From the NCBI RefSeq assembly GCF_006345805.1, contig NC_043019.1, positions 12,399,360 to 12,463,359 of the forward strand: DNA of 64,000 bases. The letters run 5' to 3'. This stretch comes from Octopus sinensis (Eukaryota). Made by a program: the position numbers and the translations under genes. Shown here piece after piece: positions 13,506-26,521 of the stretch (position 1 is its first letter; each line of letters begins with the position of its first letter). The notes beneath the pieces were generated by a model. It saw only the letters and a list, made by a program, of their open reading frames with translations, was not told the origin of the DNA and made no database searches.

Positions 13506-16500
13506 GGCGATGATCTAGCGGAATTGTTAGCACACCAGGCAAAATGCTTTTTTGATGAAAAAAGTTGTAAGATTTGACTAAAAGGAGAGAAGGCAACTAC
13601 TTTTCCCTCTTTGGCAAATCCCTCATCAGCTGTCTTGGATTTCCATTCGGAGTGAAAAATGAGAATTAGAGGAAGGTGCTGCCTGTATTTATGGATTATC
13701 TTCTTGCTCTTTGTCGTCCTTTCAATGTCCCCCTTTTTCCATCTTTGCATGGGTTGGATGCCCTTCCTGTTATCAGCCCCCATGTGTTTCCAAGTCAGGT
13801 AATGCTTTCGTATGACCAGAAATGTTTTCACGGAACTGGTTGCCTGCTGGTGACGCTCATTCAGAACTGTTTTGCAAGGAGACGGTAACACGGACACACA
13901 TGCATATACATACAGTGGGCTTCTTTCAGTTTCTATCTAACAAATCTTCTCGCAAGGCTTTGGTTAGCCTGGGGCTATAATCGAAGATACTTGCCAAAGG
14001 TGGTCATGTAGTGGAACTGAACCCAAAACCATTTGGCAGAGAAGCACATTTCTTACCTCACAGCACCACCTGCCCTTATGACTTTTATGTCTGTCAATGT
14101 TTGTTTAAGTATATTTTGACGTAAATTATTTTAATAACCAAGGTTTCTTTTACTTTTTCTTTCTTCCTGTGTCTCTGCATCTTGACCGATATTCAGCGCC
14201 AATTTACAAACCCTCTTCCTGCCTCAGGAATCTACGACTTGGACGAGTATTATTGTGGTAAGTGGAATAGGTATCTTCTGTTACAAACAACCATCTCAGC
14301 ACTTTCCTCTCTAGACTGAAAGTGAAGTTTACAAACCACACTAATTTCAGAATTACAGAGCGAGAGAGAGAGAGAGGAATGGTTGGTTGGCTTTTGAAAG
14401 TGATGTCTGGAATGGAATGTATTTTGAGAAGGTTTAATCCAGTGATTCTCAACTTTTTTTCTTTACCTATGGACCCCATTGATTTATATTTTACTCAAGT
14501 GGACCTCATGTTAAAAAAATAATCCCTTTATATTTTTATAATTACCGTAAATCCTCGAGTATAATCCGCAATTTTTCCCAAAATTTAAAGGTCAAAATCC
14601 CTAGTGCGTACTATATACGAGGTTAAAAATGAAAATTATTTTCTAAGCAATGTCTGAGTCTCTATTTACTGTCCGGCAATGTTTATTCAGATGCATGTTG
14701 TGAAGTCGGGTGCAAAAATACCTTAAGCTAAGCCTGAAAGCAATGAAGTCATAAAAGAATCATCCATAACTTGCAATAAGCAACATTTATTAAACATTAT
14801 TACTGTTATTTCTTTATTTTCTACAAACAAAATGCACAAAAAAGCTACACGTTTGCATTATGTTACATATACAATAATAATAAAGGATGTTACTGTATAC
14901 AGTTTTACAAACCAAGCACGTTATATAGACTTCTTTGACTCAAGTTAGAGAAGGGGTGCGTATTATACACAAGATTTAGGTTTTTCAGAGGTACAGCCCC
15001 CTAAAAATCCCCTGCGTATTATACTCAAGGGTGGACTATACTCGAGGATTTACTGTAAATATTATTAGGAATTGTTAAATTACTTTGTGTATTGTAGAAT
15101 TGTAAGCAATTTAAACAGCAAAATTTTATATGGACTGTTAGTGGCCATATGGACCCCCACGTAAATTTAAACAAAATCTTATATGAACCCCCAAGGGTCA
15201 TACAGACTATGATTGAAAACCACTGGTTTAGTCAGTCATTCGTTTTTGTTTTTTTTTCTCCGTAAATAGGGTTTATATGGGATGAAAATTTAACAAAACC
15301 ATTTAAAAAAATCAAATGTTTAACCCTTTTGATACCAACCTGGCTGAAACCACCTCTGGCTCTGTAGTACAAATGTCTCATTTTCAAAAGTTCTGAATTA
15401 AAATCTTTCGCCAAATTTTAATCACAATTTATGTGCCTTGCAGTGGGACTGAACCCGGAACCATGTGGTTGTTAAGCAAGCTACTTACCACACAACCACT
15501 CCTTTTTTTCATAAGCCTTTCTTTCCACGGATAACCCTAGTCAGTGTTATATTTCCTCCCCCTTTTGGGAATTTCTGTTATTAAAATGTTACCTCGTTAT
15601 CTCTTTGTGTACTTGTTCCAAAACGATTTCGATTGGTTTTGAAAAGAAAAATTCTACATTGTATTGTCCCCTCTGTGTTCGGCCCTGTGTGGCCTAATAA
15701 AGAAATCTATCATCATTGTCTCTACCTAACTCTTGTTGTTTCATCTTTCAGATGAGAGTCAAGTCTGTGAACACCAGTTTGGAGATTACAACTTTTCCTC
15801 CATGCAGCGCTGCCATTATTGTAATAAGTTCTTGTTTGGACTCATGCATCAGGGCTTCCAGTGTCGAGGTAGGTTTCTGCATTTATCAGCCTTATCTGTC
15901 TTAATATGATTTATAATTAACTACAGAATGCAATTAAATAACGGTGGTTAGCTAGATAGATAGAAAAGGAAAGGACTCTGCCATCAGACATGAATGACCA
16001 TGGGATTGCACCCAGAAAGTTACCCTTCAAGGTACAAGTTTGTGCAAGGCTGTTTATGGAAGACCAGCGGTTGTCCAAGCTTACCAGCCTCCTCTCTCTA
16101 TGCCACCGATGTTATCCAAGGGAAAGGCAAAGGGGCCGATACAGCTTGGCATCAGTGATGTCGCAACTCATTTCTACAGCTGAGGGAACTGGAGCAACGT
16201 GAAATAAAGTGTCTTGCTCAAGAATATAACACAACCTGGTCCGAAGATTGAACTCACTATCTCATGATTGCAAGCCCAATGCTCTAACCATTGAGCCATG
16301 TTGCCTTCAGTAGATAATAACAGAGTATAAAAGATTACAATAAATTGCAAACTACCTGAGACCTGTTATCTATTAAGTTGTTAGAACAATAAAACAATCT
16401 CACAGGTATATATTGTAATCATCATTGTTTCAAAGTCCACAAGACTTACTGAGTGTTTCAGTCAAACAAATCGACCCCAAGATTTTTTTTTGTTTTTAAA

Positions 16501-17904
16501 GCCTATCCCCCTTTTTCTACTAGTCTCTTTTGCCCAACCACTAAGTAACAAGGATGTAAACACACCAACACCAGTTGCCAAGCTGTGGTGGGGGGACAAA
16601 CAAAGACACATGTATATGATGGGTTTCTTTCAGTTTTTGTCTACCAAATCCACTCACAAGGCTTTGGTTGGCTGTGGTAGAAAACACTTACCCAAGGTGC
16701 CTCACAGAGGATTGAAACTAGAACCATGGGGTTGGGAAGCAAGCTTCTTACCACACAGCCATGCTTATGTCTATCACGTTTCATCGCAGTAGGGTAGTTC
16801 TTTTGAAGTTTGATAAAACATGTTCAAACCAGTGTATCACTTATGTGTGTGGTGTGTGTGTGTGTTAATTCATGAACATAAATATATATGCAATAATAAT
16901 AAACTTTGCTAATGATTTTTCTCTTTCTCTCTTTTTTCTCTCCATCCTCTATCTCTAAATGTAGTGTGTGGTCTCTGCTGTCATCGACGCTGTTCAAAAG
17001 CCCTTATAATATCTTGTAATCCAGTGAAATACGAACCAATTCGTAGAGGTAGCTTTACACAAAGTAAGTCCTTTTTCTAATTCATTTCTCACCTCTCTCT
17101 TTTATTATTACTATTATTATCATTATTAAGGCAGTGAGCTGGCAGAATCGTTAGCATTCTGGACGAAATGCTTAGCAGTATTTTGCCTGTCACTCTGTTT
17201 TGAGTTCAAATTCTGCTGAGGGCAAATTTGCCTTTTGTCCTTTTGAGGTTGATAAAATAACTACCAAGAATCAATGTCATTGATTCATCCCCTCCTCCCC
17301 CAAGCTGCCCTTCTGGTAAAAATTTGAAGTTATTATTATTATTATTATTATTATTATTGAGTGAGTGAGCAGAGCATGCCATCAAAGTGACACTGGGGTA
17401 AAATATACGAAGCCCAGTATACCCATCATGACTACCCGTCTGATAAGGGTACACCAGGCACATGCATCACAACCATATGTGCGCGACATGGTGATCTCAT
17501 ATCAAGATAAACAGCACATGACCTTACAGGTGGGGCCCAGTTAGAATTTTCTTCAGGTTGAGTAGCCCATCCCGCTCAAACGGTCCCTGAATAAGGATTG
17601 TTTAAGGATGTTGAACGAAACACCCATGTTTCCAGAGGTGAATTATTCAAACCCCAAAGAATCCTTCTCAACACATGGCTATGATGCTCCCCTACTACTT
17701 CTGCTCGTGATCAGAGATGCACATATCGTCAGCCACTAAGGGACATGCTCAACTGGTTACGGTCAAACAACTGACAAGCAAATCTGTGGTATTGAGCAGA
17801 ATATTTGCTGTAAAACCCATCTTTTATACGAAGACAAAACAATGTACATGATAACACTTCCAAATCAGTTAAGATCAGAAGCCATGAGAGCCACTGCCTG
17901 GTAC

Positions 17905-17954
<50 letters not shown>

Positions 17955-18642
17955 TATTATATTATTAAGGCAGGAAGCTGGAGTCGATAAATTAAGTACC
18001 AGCGAAACACTGGGGTCGATGTAATCAACTGGACCCTTCCCACAAATTTCAGGCCTTTAATCATTAAAATAAAAGAATTAATTATTATATTATTATTATT
18101 ATTATATTATTATTATATTGATAAATTAAATACCAGCGAAACACTGGGGTCGATGTAATTGACTGTACCCTTCCCACAAATTTCAGGCCCTGTGCCCGTA
18201 GTAGAAAATATTATTATCATTATTATATTGTTTTTGTTTTTTTTTAAATCTCTAGATAGTTATTTTGGTGTTGATCTGGCTGAAGAGATCCAGCGAACCA
18301 GTACAGAAGCTCCTGCTGTAGCCATTCGATGTGTGCAGGAAATAGAAAAATGGTGCTCTGATCACAGTAAGTGTCAATCCGTCTGTGCTTATGCATGTTG
18401 GTGTGTGTGAGTGTTATGCCTGGCTGACTCTGGTTTTCTTAGAGAAATTATATGAAATAAAGTGTGAGCGGGTCTGTGTGTGCTCACAGCACACTGAAGC
18501 ACACACACAGATATATATAGATATTTGTATGCATATAAGTATATATATATATATATATTATATATATATATATATATACGTAGATAGATATATGTGTATG
18601 TATATGTAGATAGATATGTGTATGTATATATAGATAGATATA

Positions 18643-18676
<34 letters not shown>

Positions 18677-19669
18677 ATATATATATATATATATAGATAG
18701 ATAGATAGATAGATATGTGTGTGTATATATATATAAATAGATATATCTGTATGTATATTGAAAATAATTGCCAACATAATGTGGCAGTCCTGGATGGGAC
18801 GAATATCACTGTTTAACCCCAGAAAAAAATATATAAGGACACAGATATTGTGTCATATAGCCAGCTGGAAACTATGTTTCCTGGGGCTAAACAGCAGTAA
18901 TATCTGTCCCATCCAGGACTGCCACATTATTTTGGCGAATAGTCTTTTCATATACACACACATTTATATATATATTTATATACACATACATAACGTGGCC
19001 GATATCGTTTCTCCGAACACCCCTCCCCCCCACTGGTGCTCCCCTATATTCCTGCACCTCCCCCACATAAAAAGCACCATCCGAACGTGGCCGATGCCAG
19101 CACCGCCCCGACTGGCTTCTGTGCAGGTGGCACATAAAAAGCACCAACCGACCATGGCCGATGCCAGACCCCTCTGGCACCTGTGTAGGTGGCACGTAAA
19201 AAGCACCCACTACACTCGCGGAGTGGTTGGCGTTAGGAAGGGCGTCCAGCTGTAGAAACACTGCCAGACCAGACTGGAGCCTGGGGCAGCCCCTGGCTCC
19301 CCAGACCCCGGTCGAAACCGTCCAACCCGTGCTAGCACGGAAAACGGACGTTAAACGATGATGATGATGATACACACACGCACATGTTTGTGTCTATATA
19401 TTTTCATGTAAACATGAGTCTGTGTATGCGTGTGTATATATATGAGTGGGTGCTGAAAAGTCCCTAGCTTTGAGACCATCATAAAATGCCTAGTTGGAGC
19501 CCCTACCTTCTGAGTTCTTTTACGGGGCTAAGGAAAACTGAAAGCCCGCTGCAATAAATATGTCAATCTGAGCAGAGGAGGTTTGATAAAATCATAATAA
19601 ACTACTTCTCTTCTATTTTATTTTTTTTGTCCAAAGGCAGCAACTTTTCAGCATTGCCCTTGTATATAC

Positions 19670-19721
<52 letters not shown>

Positions 19722-19784
19722 AAACAAGTCAAGATAGAAAATGCTAAAATAATTTTATAAAGAACATTTCAGTACTGGTGTATG

Positions 19785-19819
<35 letters not shown>

Positions 19820-22800
19820 GTGTGTGCATACATGGACATGTTTTTGTGAGTGTGAACATGGTTAATGCCAGTGCCCCTTGACTGGCCCCCGTGCCGGTGG
19901 CCCATAAAAAGCACCCACTACACTCTCGGAGTGGTTGGCATTAGGAAGGGCGTCCAGCTGTAGAAACCTTGTCAGATCAGGTTGGAGCCTGATGCACCCT
20001 ACTGGCTTGCCAGCCCTCAATCAAACTGTCCAACCCAATGCCAGCATGGAAAGCAGGCATTAAACGATGATGATGCAAAACATCATTTCAATTGATTACA
20101 ATTTTTGTGTTACCTCTCTGTTTTGCAGAAGATCAAGCTATGAATGTATATAGGATATCAGCACGAACAGAAGATATTAATAAAGTGAAGGCAACTTTTA
20201 ATTCTGGTAAGTTCATTTCTGTTGTATCTCTATAACACTTTTCCTGGCCTAAATTGGTACAAAATCATTCAACTTCTCTTTTCTCTAAAAATCGGGCTTA
20301 TTCCTTCCACTTGGTGCAGCAGTCATTTGCCATTACCATTTGTTGTCGATGCAGACCATCACTAGTTCCCCAGAATTCCATTGTATCACTTTCTGGTTAG
20401 ACCACATGCATACACAGCTAATGATGCACACACACACACACAAAACCCCATATACACGCAACTACATAGACACATAACCACACATGCACACAACCACATA
20501 TGCAACCACTTACACGTGCTATTACATACACAAGCGACCATATGCACACACAACCATATGCACACACAACCACATACACATACAACCACACACAAAACCT
20601 CAAAAACACACCATATGCACACAAAAGAACATATACAAACCACACACACAAAACCTCAAACACACACCACACGCACACAAAAGCACATATACAAACCACC
20701 CGCAACATCATTTGCACACACACACACAATTCCGTCAGAAATAAGACACCCAATGAAGATCAGTGATTAAACTAATTGAAGCAATGTAATCTGAAAATGA
20801 GATATCTTTTCATCTGTACAAATGAGGCTAATTAGCAGGAATAATTATTACTGTTGCTAATTCATCCCGGACAACTTAAATGGAACAAATTTTTATTTAG
20901 CAATGTGTTTTTGCAGGAAGAAAAGAAAGAAAAATAAGCATTAAAAAAATAATTAAATTGAGAAAAAAAATCTCCTTTATTACTTCAACAAAGATGCAAA
21001 GAATGTATTTTTAAATCGGTGAGTGGGGAGGGCTAAGCAGCAAAAGATGGCAGGTGGGCAGAAACAAGTTGTACACCCCAGTGCTAATGGTTTGTTCAGC
21101 TGTGCCATTGGCGTTGGATGCTGACAGCTCTATAAAGAAGTGCCGATCTCTCAAAGTGGATAGAACCCGTGGAAGAGGGAGACCCAGGGAGGTGTGGGAT
21201 GAAGTATTGAAGGAGGACATCAGGACCCTGAAATTTTCAGATGAGATGATGAAGGACCTAGGTACTTGGTATCTTGCTCCTTCCAGGAAGATCTGTATTC
21301 CACAACAGATGTGTTACGGTCAGAGTATTGGCCTTCAAGAGTCCAGTGCTGGTGCCACATAGAAGGAACTTTTGCCAGTGCCACGTAAAAGCGCTCATGC
21401 CAGTGGCACGTTTAAAGCACCCGGCACACACTGTAAAGTGGTTGGCATTAGGAAGAGTATCCAGCCATGGAAACCGAGCCAAATCAGACTGGAACCTGGT
21501 GCAGTTAAACCGTCCAACTCCTGCCAGTATGGAAAACGGACACGAGAGGATGATGATGAATAACATTGAAGATGGCTTAACCCTTTGCCTCTCTAAAGCA
21601 TTTTCCTAAGTTTGTCCTAAACGTCTGTGCTTGTTTTCAGGGTTTTTAGTCAGCCCTTGTTTCACTGTTCTGATTAATATAAAGCCTTCCTTTATAAGTC
21701 CCAAGGCATTCTGGTAGTTAAAAATATATTCGGAATGTGTATTATATATGTTGTATGGACGCCAGGGAAATATGTGCTGTGTATAATGTGGTGTACAGGA
21801 CAGGCGAAGGTTTTGTAAATATAAATCAAGAAATTACTATGACACGACAAAGTTAAGACGCCCATAGAAACGTGGTTATTTTAGTACAAGGGACATAACT
21901 CCGCTTTCCCCAGTTTGCTTGCTGCGCAAACGACAAATCACACACACACAAAAAAAAAAACTGAACTGTTTCTGTTTTTATCCTCTCTCTCTCTCTCCTC
22001 CCCTTGTGTTCCCTTTCTTTCACACTCTTTCAACCCCCCTCCCCACTCTAATACAGTTCTATGCTCAAGAGATGAGGAATTATGTACATTATTTACATTT
22101 GATGGATATTTGTGGGTCATACAAAGGCGAAACATGCTGCCTCCACAAAATAAGGGCAGAGGAACATCGCAAAGCTGTGACACTAGGAGATATTGATAAA
22201 TCGGGTATAGCTGATCATGTATGGAAAAATCCACCCCCTCTCTGTCTCTTCCTAAACCCTTGTACCCCTCCCACTTTCTGTTTTACTCTTCACTTCATGT
22301 CTTTTACATGTGAATGATTTGTTTTAAGTAGATAAGAATAAAAAGGGCATTCCCTTGCAAAAAATCAGGGCCTTTATTCACACCTTAAATTCTCCCTATA
22401 CTATATTAGCGCGTCTTTTGTTAATATTTCAGATCTTTTCGGTTTGAAAGGCAGTTTTAAACATAATTTCTAGGTAACTAAAAAATTTTAAACTTCGTAT
22501 ACTGGTAGAATGTGTTTATAAAACATCTTTTTCTCTTGGCTTTATTGAGAAAATTCTATAGTTTATAAGACATTTGTTGTTTTTTTTTTCTTCAATTTCT
22601 GCAATTTCAACCAATCACTGACGTCTATTGAGGTGAAAACATTCTGTGCTGTATGAATATGTCCCTCATTTAAGAAACAGTTTGGATTTATTTACATTTG
22701 TGAAGAAAAAAAAGATACCCTTCCCCCACCCCTAACCCTAAAACAGATTGAAATGCAATAGATCGATACTAGGGTCATAATTATGGGTGACAATTTCATA

Positions 22801-23293
22801 TGACACCGCTAGAAAAAACTGCCGTTCAAACCGAAAAGATCCAATATTTCTATAACAATGCAGAAAATTGATTGTGCAGGGCTTCTAACCTTAAGCTCAT
22901 CACATATTCCCGATGACGGCATCTTGTTGACACCTTTACACTCCACATGGAGTCAAAGGAAATTAATGAATGAATAATCAATGATGCTAAGCATGGATAA
23001 CGAATGCAGGAAATCATTTGGCAGAACGACACGATTGTGTCTGATTCATTTCACTTCTTTTGATTTATATACTCTTTACTCTTTTACTCTTTTACTTGTT
23101 TCAGTCATTTGACTGCGGCCATGCTGGAGCACCGCCTTTAGTCGAGCAAATCGACCCTGGGACTTATTCTTTGTAAGCCCAGTACTTATTCTGTGGGTCT
23201 CTTTTGCTGAACTGCTAAGTTACGGGGACGTAAACACACCAGCATCGGTTGTCAAGCAATGCTAGGGGGACAAACACAGACACACAAACACAT

Positions 23294-23371
<78 letters not shown>

Positions 23372-26300
23372 TATATATATAATATATATATATATATACA
23401 CACATATATACGACGGGCTTCTTTCAGTTTCCATCTACCAAATCCACTCACAAGGCTTTGGTCGGCCCGGGGCTATAGTAGAAGACACTTGCCCAAGGTG
23501 CCACACAGTGGGACTGAACCCGGAACCATGTGTTTGGTAAGCAAGCTACTTACCACACAGCCACTCCTGCGCCTATGTTTTTTTTTTAATATCTTCTGTT
23601 TTTTTCATTTTTTGTTCTTCACAGCATCTGACCCGCTATTAATAGATATCAGTAGCTTCAACATCCATTCGATAGCTGGTGTGCTCAAGAAATACCTTCG
23701 AGAACTGCCCAACCCTGTAATTCCTGTTGAAAATTATGCCGACTTCATCAAAGCAGCTAGTAAGTGTTCTGTCATTCTTTCATTCTTTTTTTTGCTCAAT
23801 TGCTTTCTTATTGTCGACAGAATTGTCAGCATTTCTCAGACAAAATGCTTTGCAATCTTTCTTCCGACTCATTATGTTCTGAGTTCAAACTTCAACACAG
23901 GTCAGCTTTGCCTTTCATTGTAGAAACTCTGCCAGATCAAGATTGGAGCCTGGTGCAGCCATCTTGTTTGCCAGTCTTCAGACATATCGTCCAACCCATG
24001 CTAGCCTGGAAAGCGGATGTTAAACGACAATGATGATGATTATTATTATGATGATGGTGATTATTATTATTAGGGTGGAGGGCCAGCAGAATTGTTAGCA
24101 TGCCAGGCAAGCTGCTCAATGGCATTTCATCTGTCTTTACATTCTAAGTTCAAATTTCACTGAAGTTGACTTTACCTTTCATCCATTTGGGGTGGATAAA
24201 TTAAGTCCCAGTGAAACACTGGGTTCGATGTAATTGACTATCCCCCTCCCCCATATCTCAGGCCTGTGTCTTTCAGTAGAAAGGTTTATTAAGGTGGTGA
24301 ACAGGCAGAATCGTTAGCATGCCTGGCAAAATGCTTCACAGCATTTCATCTGTCTTTACATTCTGAGTTCAAATTCTGCCGAGGTCGACTTTGCCTTTCG
24401 TCTTTTTGGGGTCGATAAATTAAGTACCAGTGAAACACTGAGGTCAGTGTAATCAACCAGTTCCTTCCCCAGAAATTTCAGGCCTTGCACCTCCAGTAGA
24501 AAGGATTATTATTTGCAGAACCCTTTAGCGCATTGCACAAAAAACTTAGTAGCATTTCTTCCATCTCTTTGTTACCTCAAATGCTGCCGGGGTTAACTTC
24601 ACCTTTCATTCTTTCAGGATCGATAAAATTGTTTACTAGTTGAGCACTGGGGCCATTGTAATCGACTGAGCTCTTCCCTAAAGTTGCTGGCCTTGTGTCG
24701 AAATTGGAAACCATTATTTTTATCATTATTGATATTTTGCCATCTTTTTATGTCTCCTAATTATTTCCCTTTTTCTTTAAGATTCTAACTTTGACCACTG
24801 ACTTTACTTTTCTAACAACAGGGAAATTCTTAATTTATTTTGAATTATCTTCTAATCTAATAACTTATTCTAATTCATTGATTTTCACTTATAATTCAGT
24901 GATATTGCCAGTCCTCAGTATCATTATTGATATTTTGCCATCTTGTCTTTTGATGTCCCTTAAATTTATTTGTCCTTTCTTTAATTTTCAGTGGTCGGTT
25001 CCACAAACGAGAGAGACCTCATGACCTTGGTGACATCCTTACCCTCGGCCCATGCGTCCACGTTGCACTTCTTCATGAAACACTTCTGTCGTCTCTGGCA
25101 GATGCAGTACGAATCTGGCGTGCGAGACGACATAGAGAAGTTGTCGAAAGTGTTCTGTCACATCCTTCTGCGGCCCCCTTGGGAGCGAATTGTGTAAGTT
25201 GGGTCACTCGACCTTTAATTTTGTTTTGTGTGTGTGTGTGTGTGTGTGTTTAAGTGTGAGGCCCATGTGGTTAAGAAGTCCCCTTTTGGACCCTGTATGA
25301 ACAATTGGCTGTTATCTTCTACTATACTGAGTAAGAAGTCTGGAAAACACACAAAACGATGATGATATATATCATCATCATCATCGTTTAACGTCCGCTT
25401 TCCATGCTAGCATGGGTTGGATGATATGACTGATGTCTGGCGAACCAGATGGCTACACCAGACTCCATTCTGATCTGGCAGAATTTCTACAGCTGGATGC
25501 CCTTCCTAACACTCAACCACTCTGAGAGCGTAGTAGGTGCTCTTACATGCCACCGGCATGAGGGCCAGTCAGGCAGTACCGGCAACGGCCATGCTCAGAT
25601 GGTGTTTTTTACGTGCCACCTGCACAGGAGCCAGTCCAGCGGCACTGACAACGACCTTGCTTGAATGTTTTACACATGCTACCAGCACAAGTGCCAGTAA
25701 GGCAATGCAGGTAACGATCACGCTCAAATGGTGTTTTTTACGTACCACTGGCACCGATCAGGCTCAGGTGGTATTCTTAGCACTCCACTAGCACGGATGC
25801 CAGTTATTGAATTTGATTTCCATTTCACTTGCCTCAACAGGTCTTCGCAAGCAGAGTTTAGTGTTCAACGAAGGAAAGTATTCATTATGTGTGACAGAAG
25901 CAATATTAGTTTAGAATGGCAATCAGTGTATCATACTGAATTGGTCTGGGAATCAAACTCACTATCTTGTGATTGCAAGCTTGATGCTCTAACCACCTAG
26001 CCATGCACCTTGTTAATAGCATGTATGTTTGTTTGTTTTTTTGTTGTTGTTGTTGTTTTTTCTTTACTATTTTAATTATTTGATTTTCTTTCTTCCGTTT
26101 CGTACAGAGAAATTGTGGAGAATACAAAGTTACACATTGAGCTGGTTGAGAACTTGCTTTCTTATGGGGATTGGGGTGTGGAAAAACCAAATGTTCATAA
26201 TCCACCCCCTATACCCAAGCGACCCAGTAAGTTGTTTGTCACTATTATTATCATTATTATTATCATCATTATTATTATTATTATTATTAATATTATTACC

Positions 26301-26486
26301 ATTCCACCTGTTTTTGCTGCTGTTGTTGTTTTGGTCAGCTCTGATTGAGCAGACTAATGATTAATGATATTCCAGCCTTGATCATCCTCTCTTTTATTCA
26401 GACAATCTAGGGCTAAATTATCTTGTGTGTCATATTTCTTCCTTTTGAAAGATACACACACACAGGTATGTGAGTGTATGTGTGTT

Positions 26487-26521
<35 letters not shown>

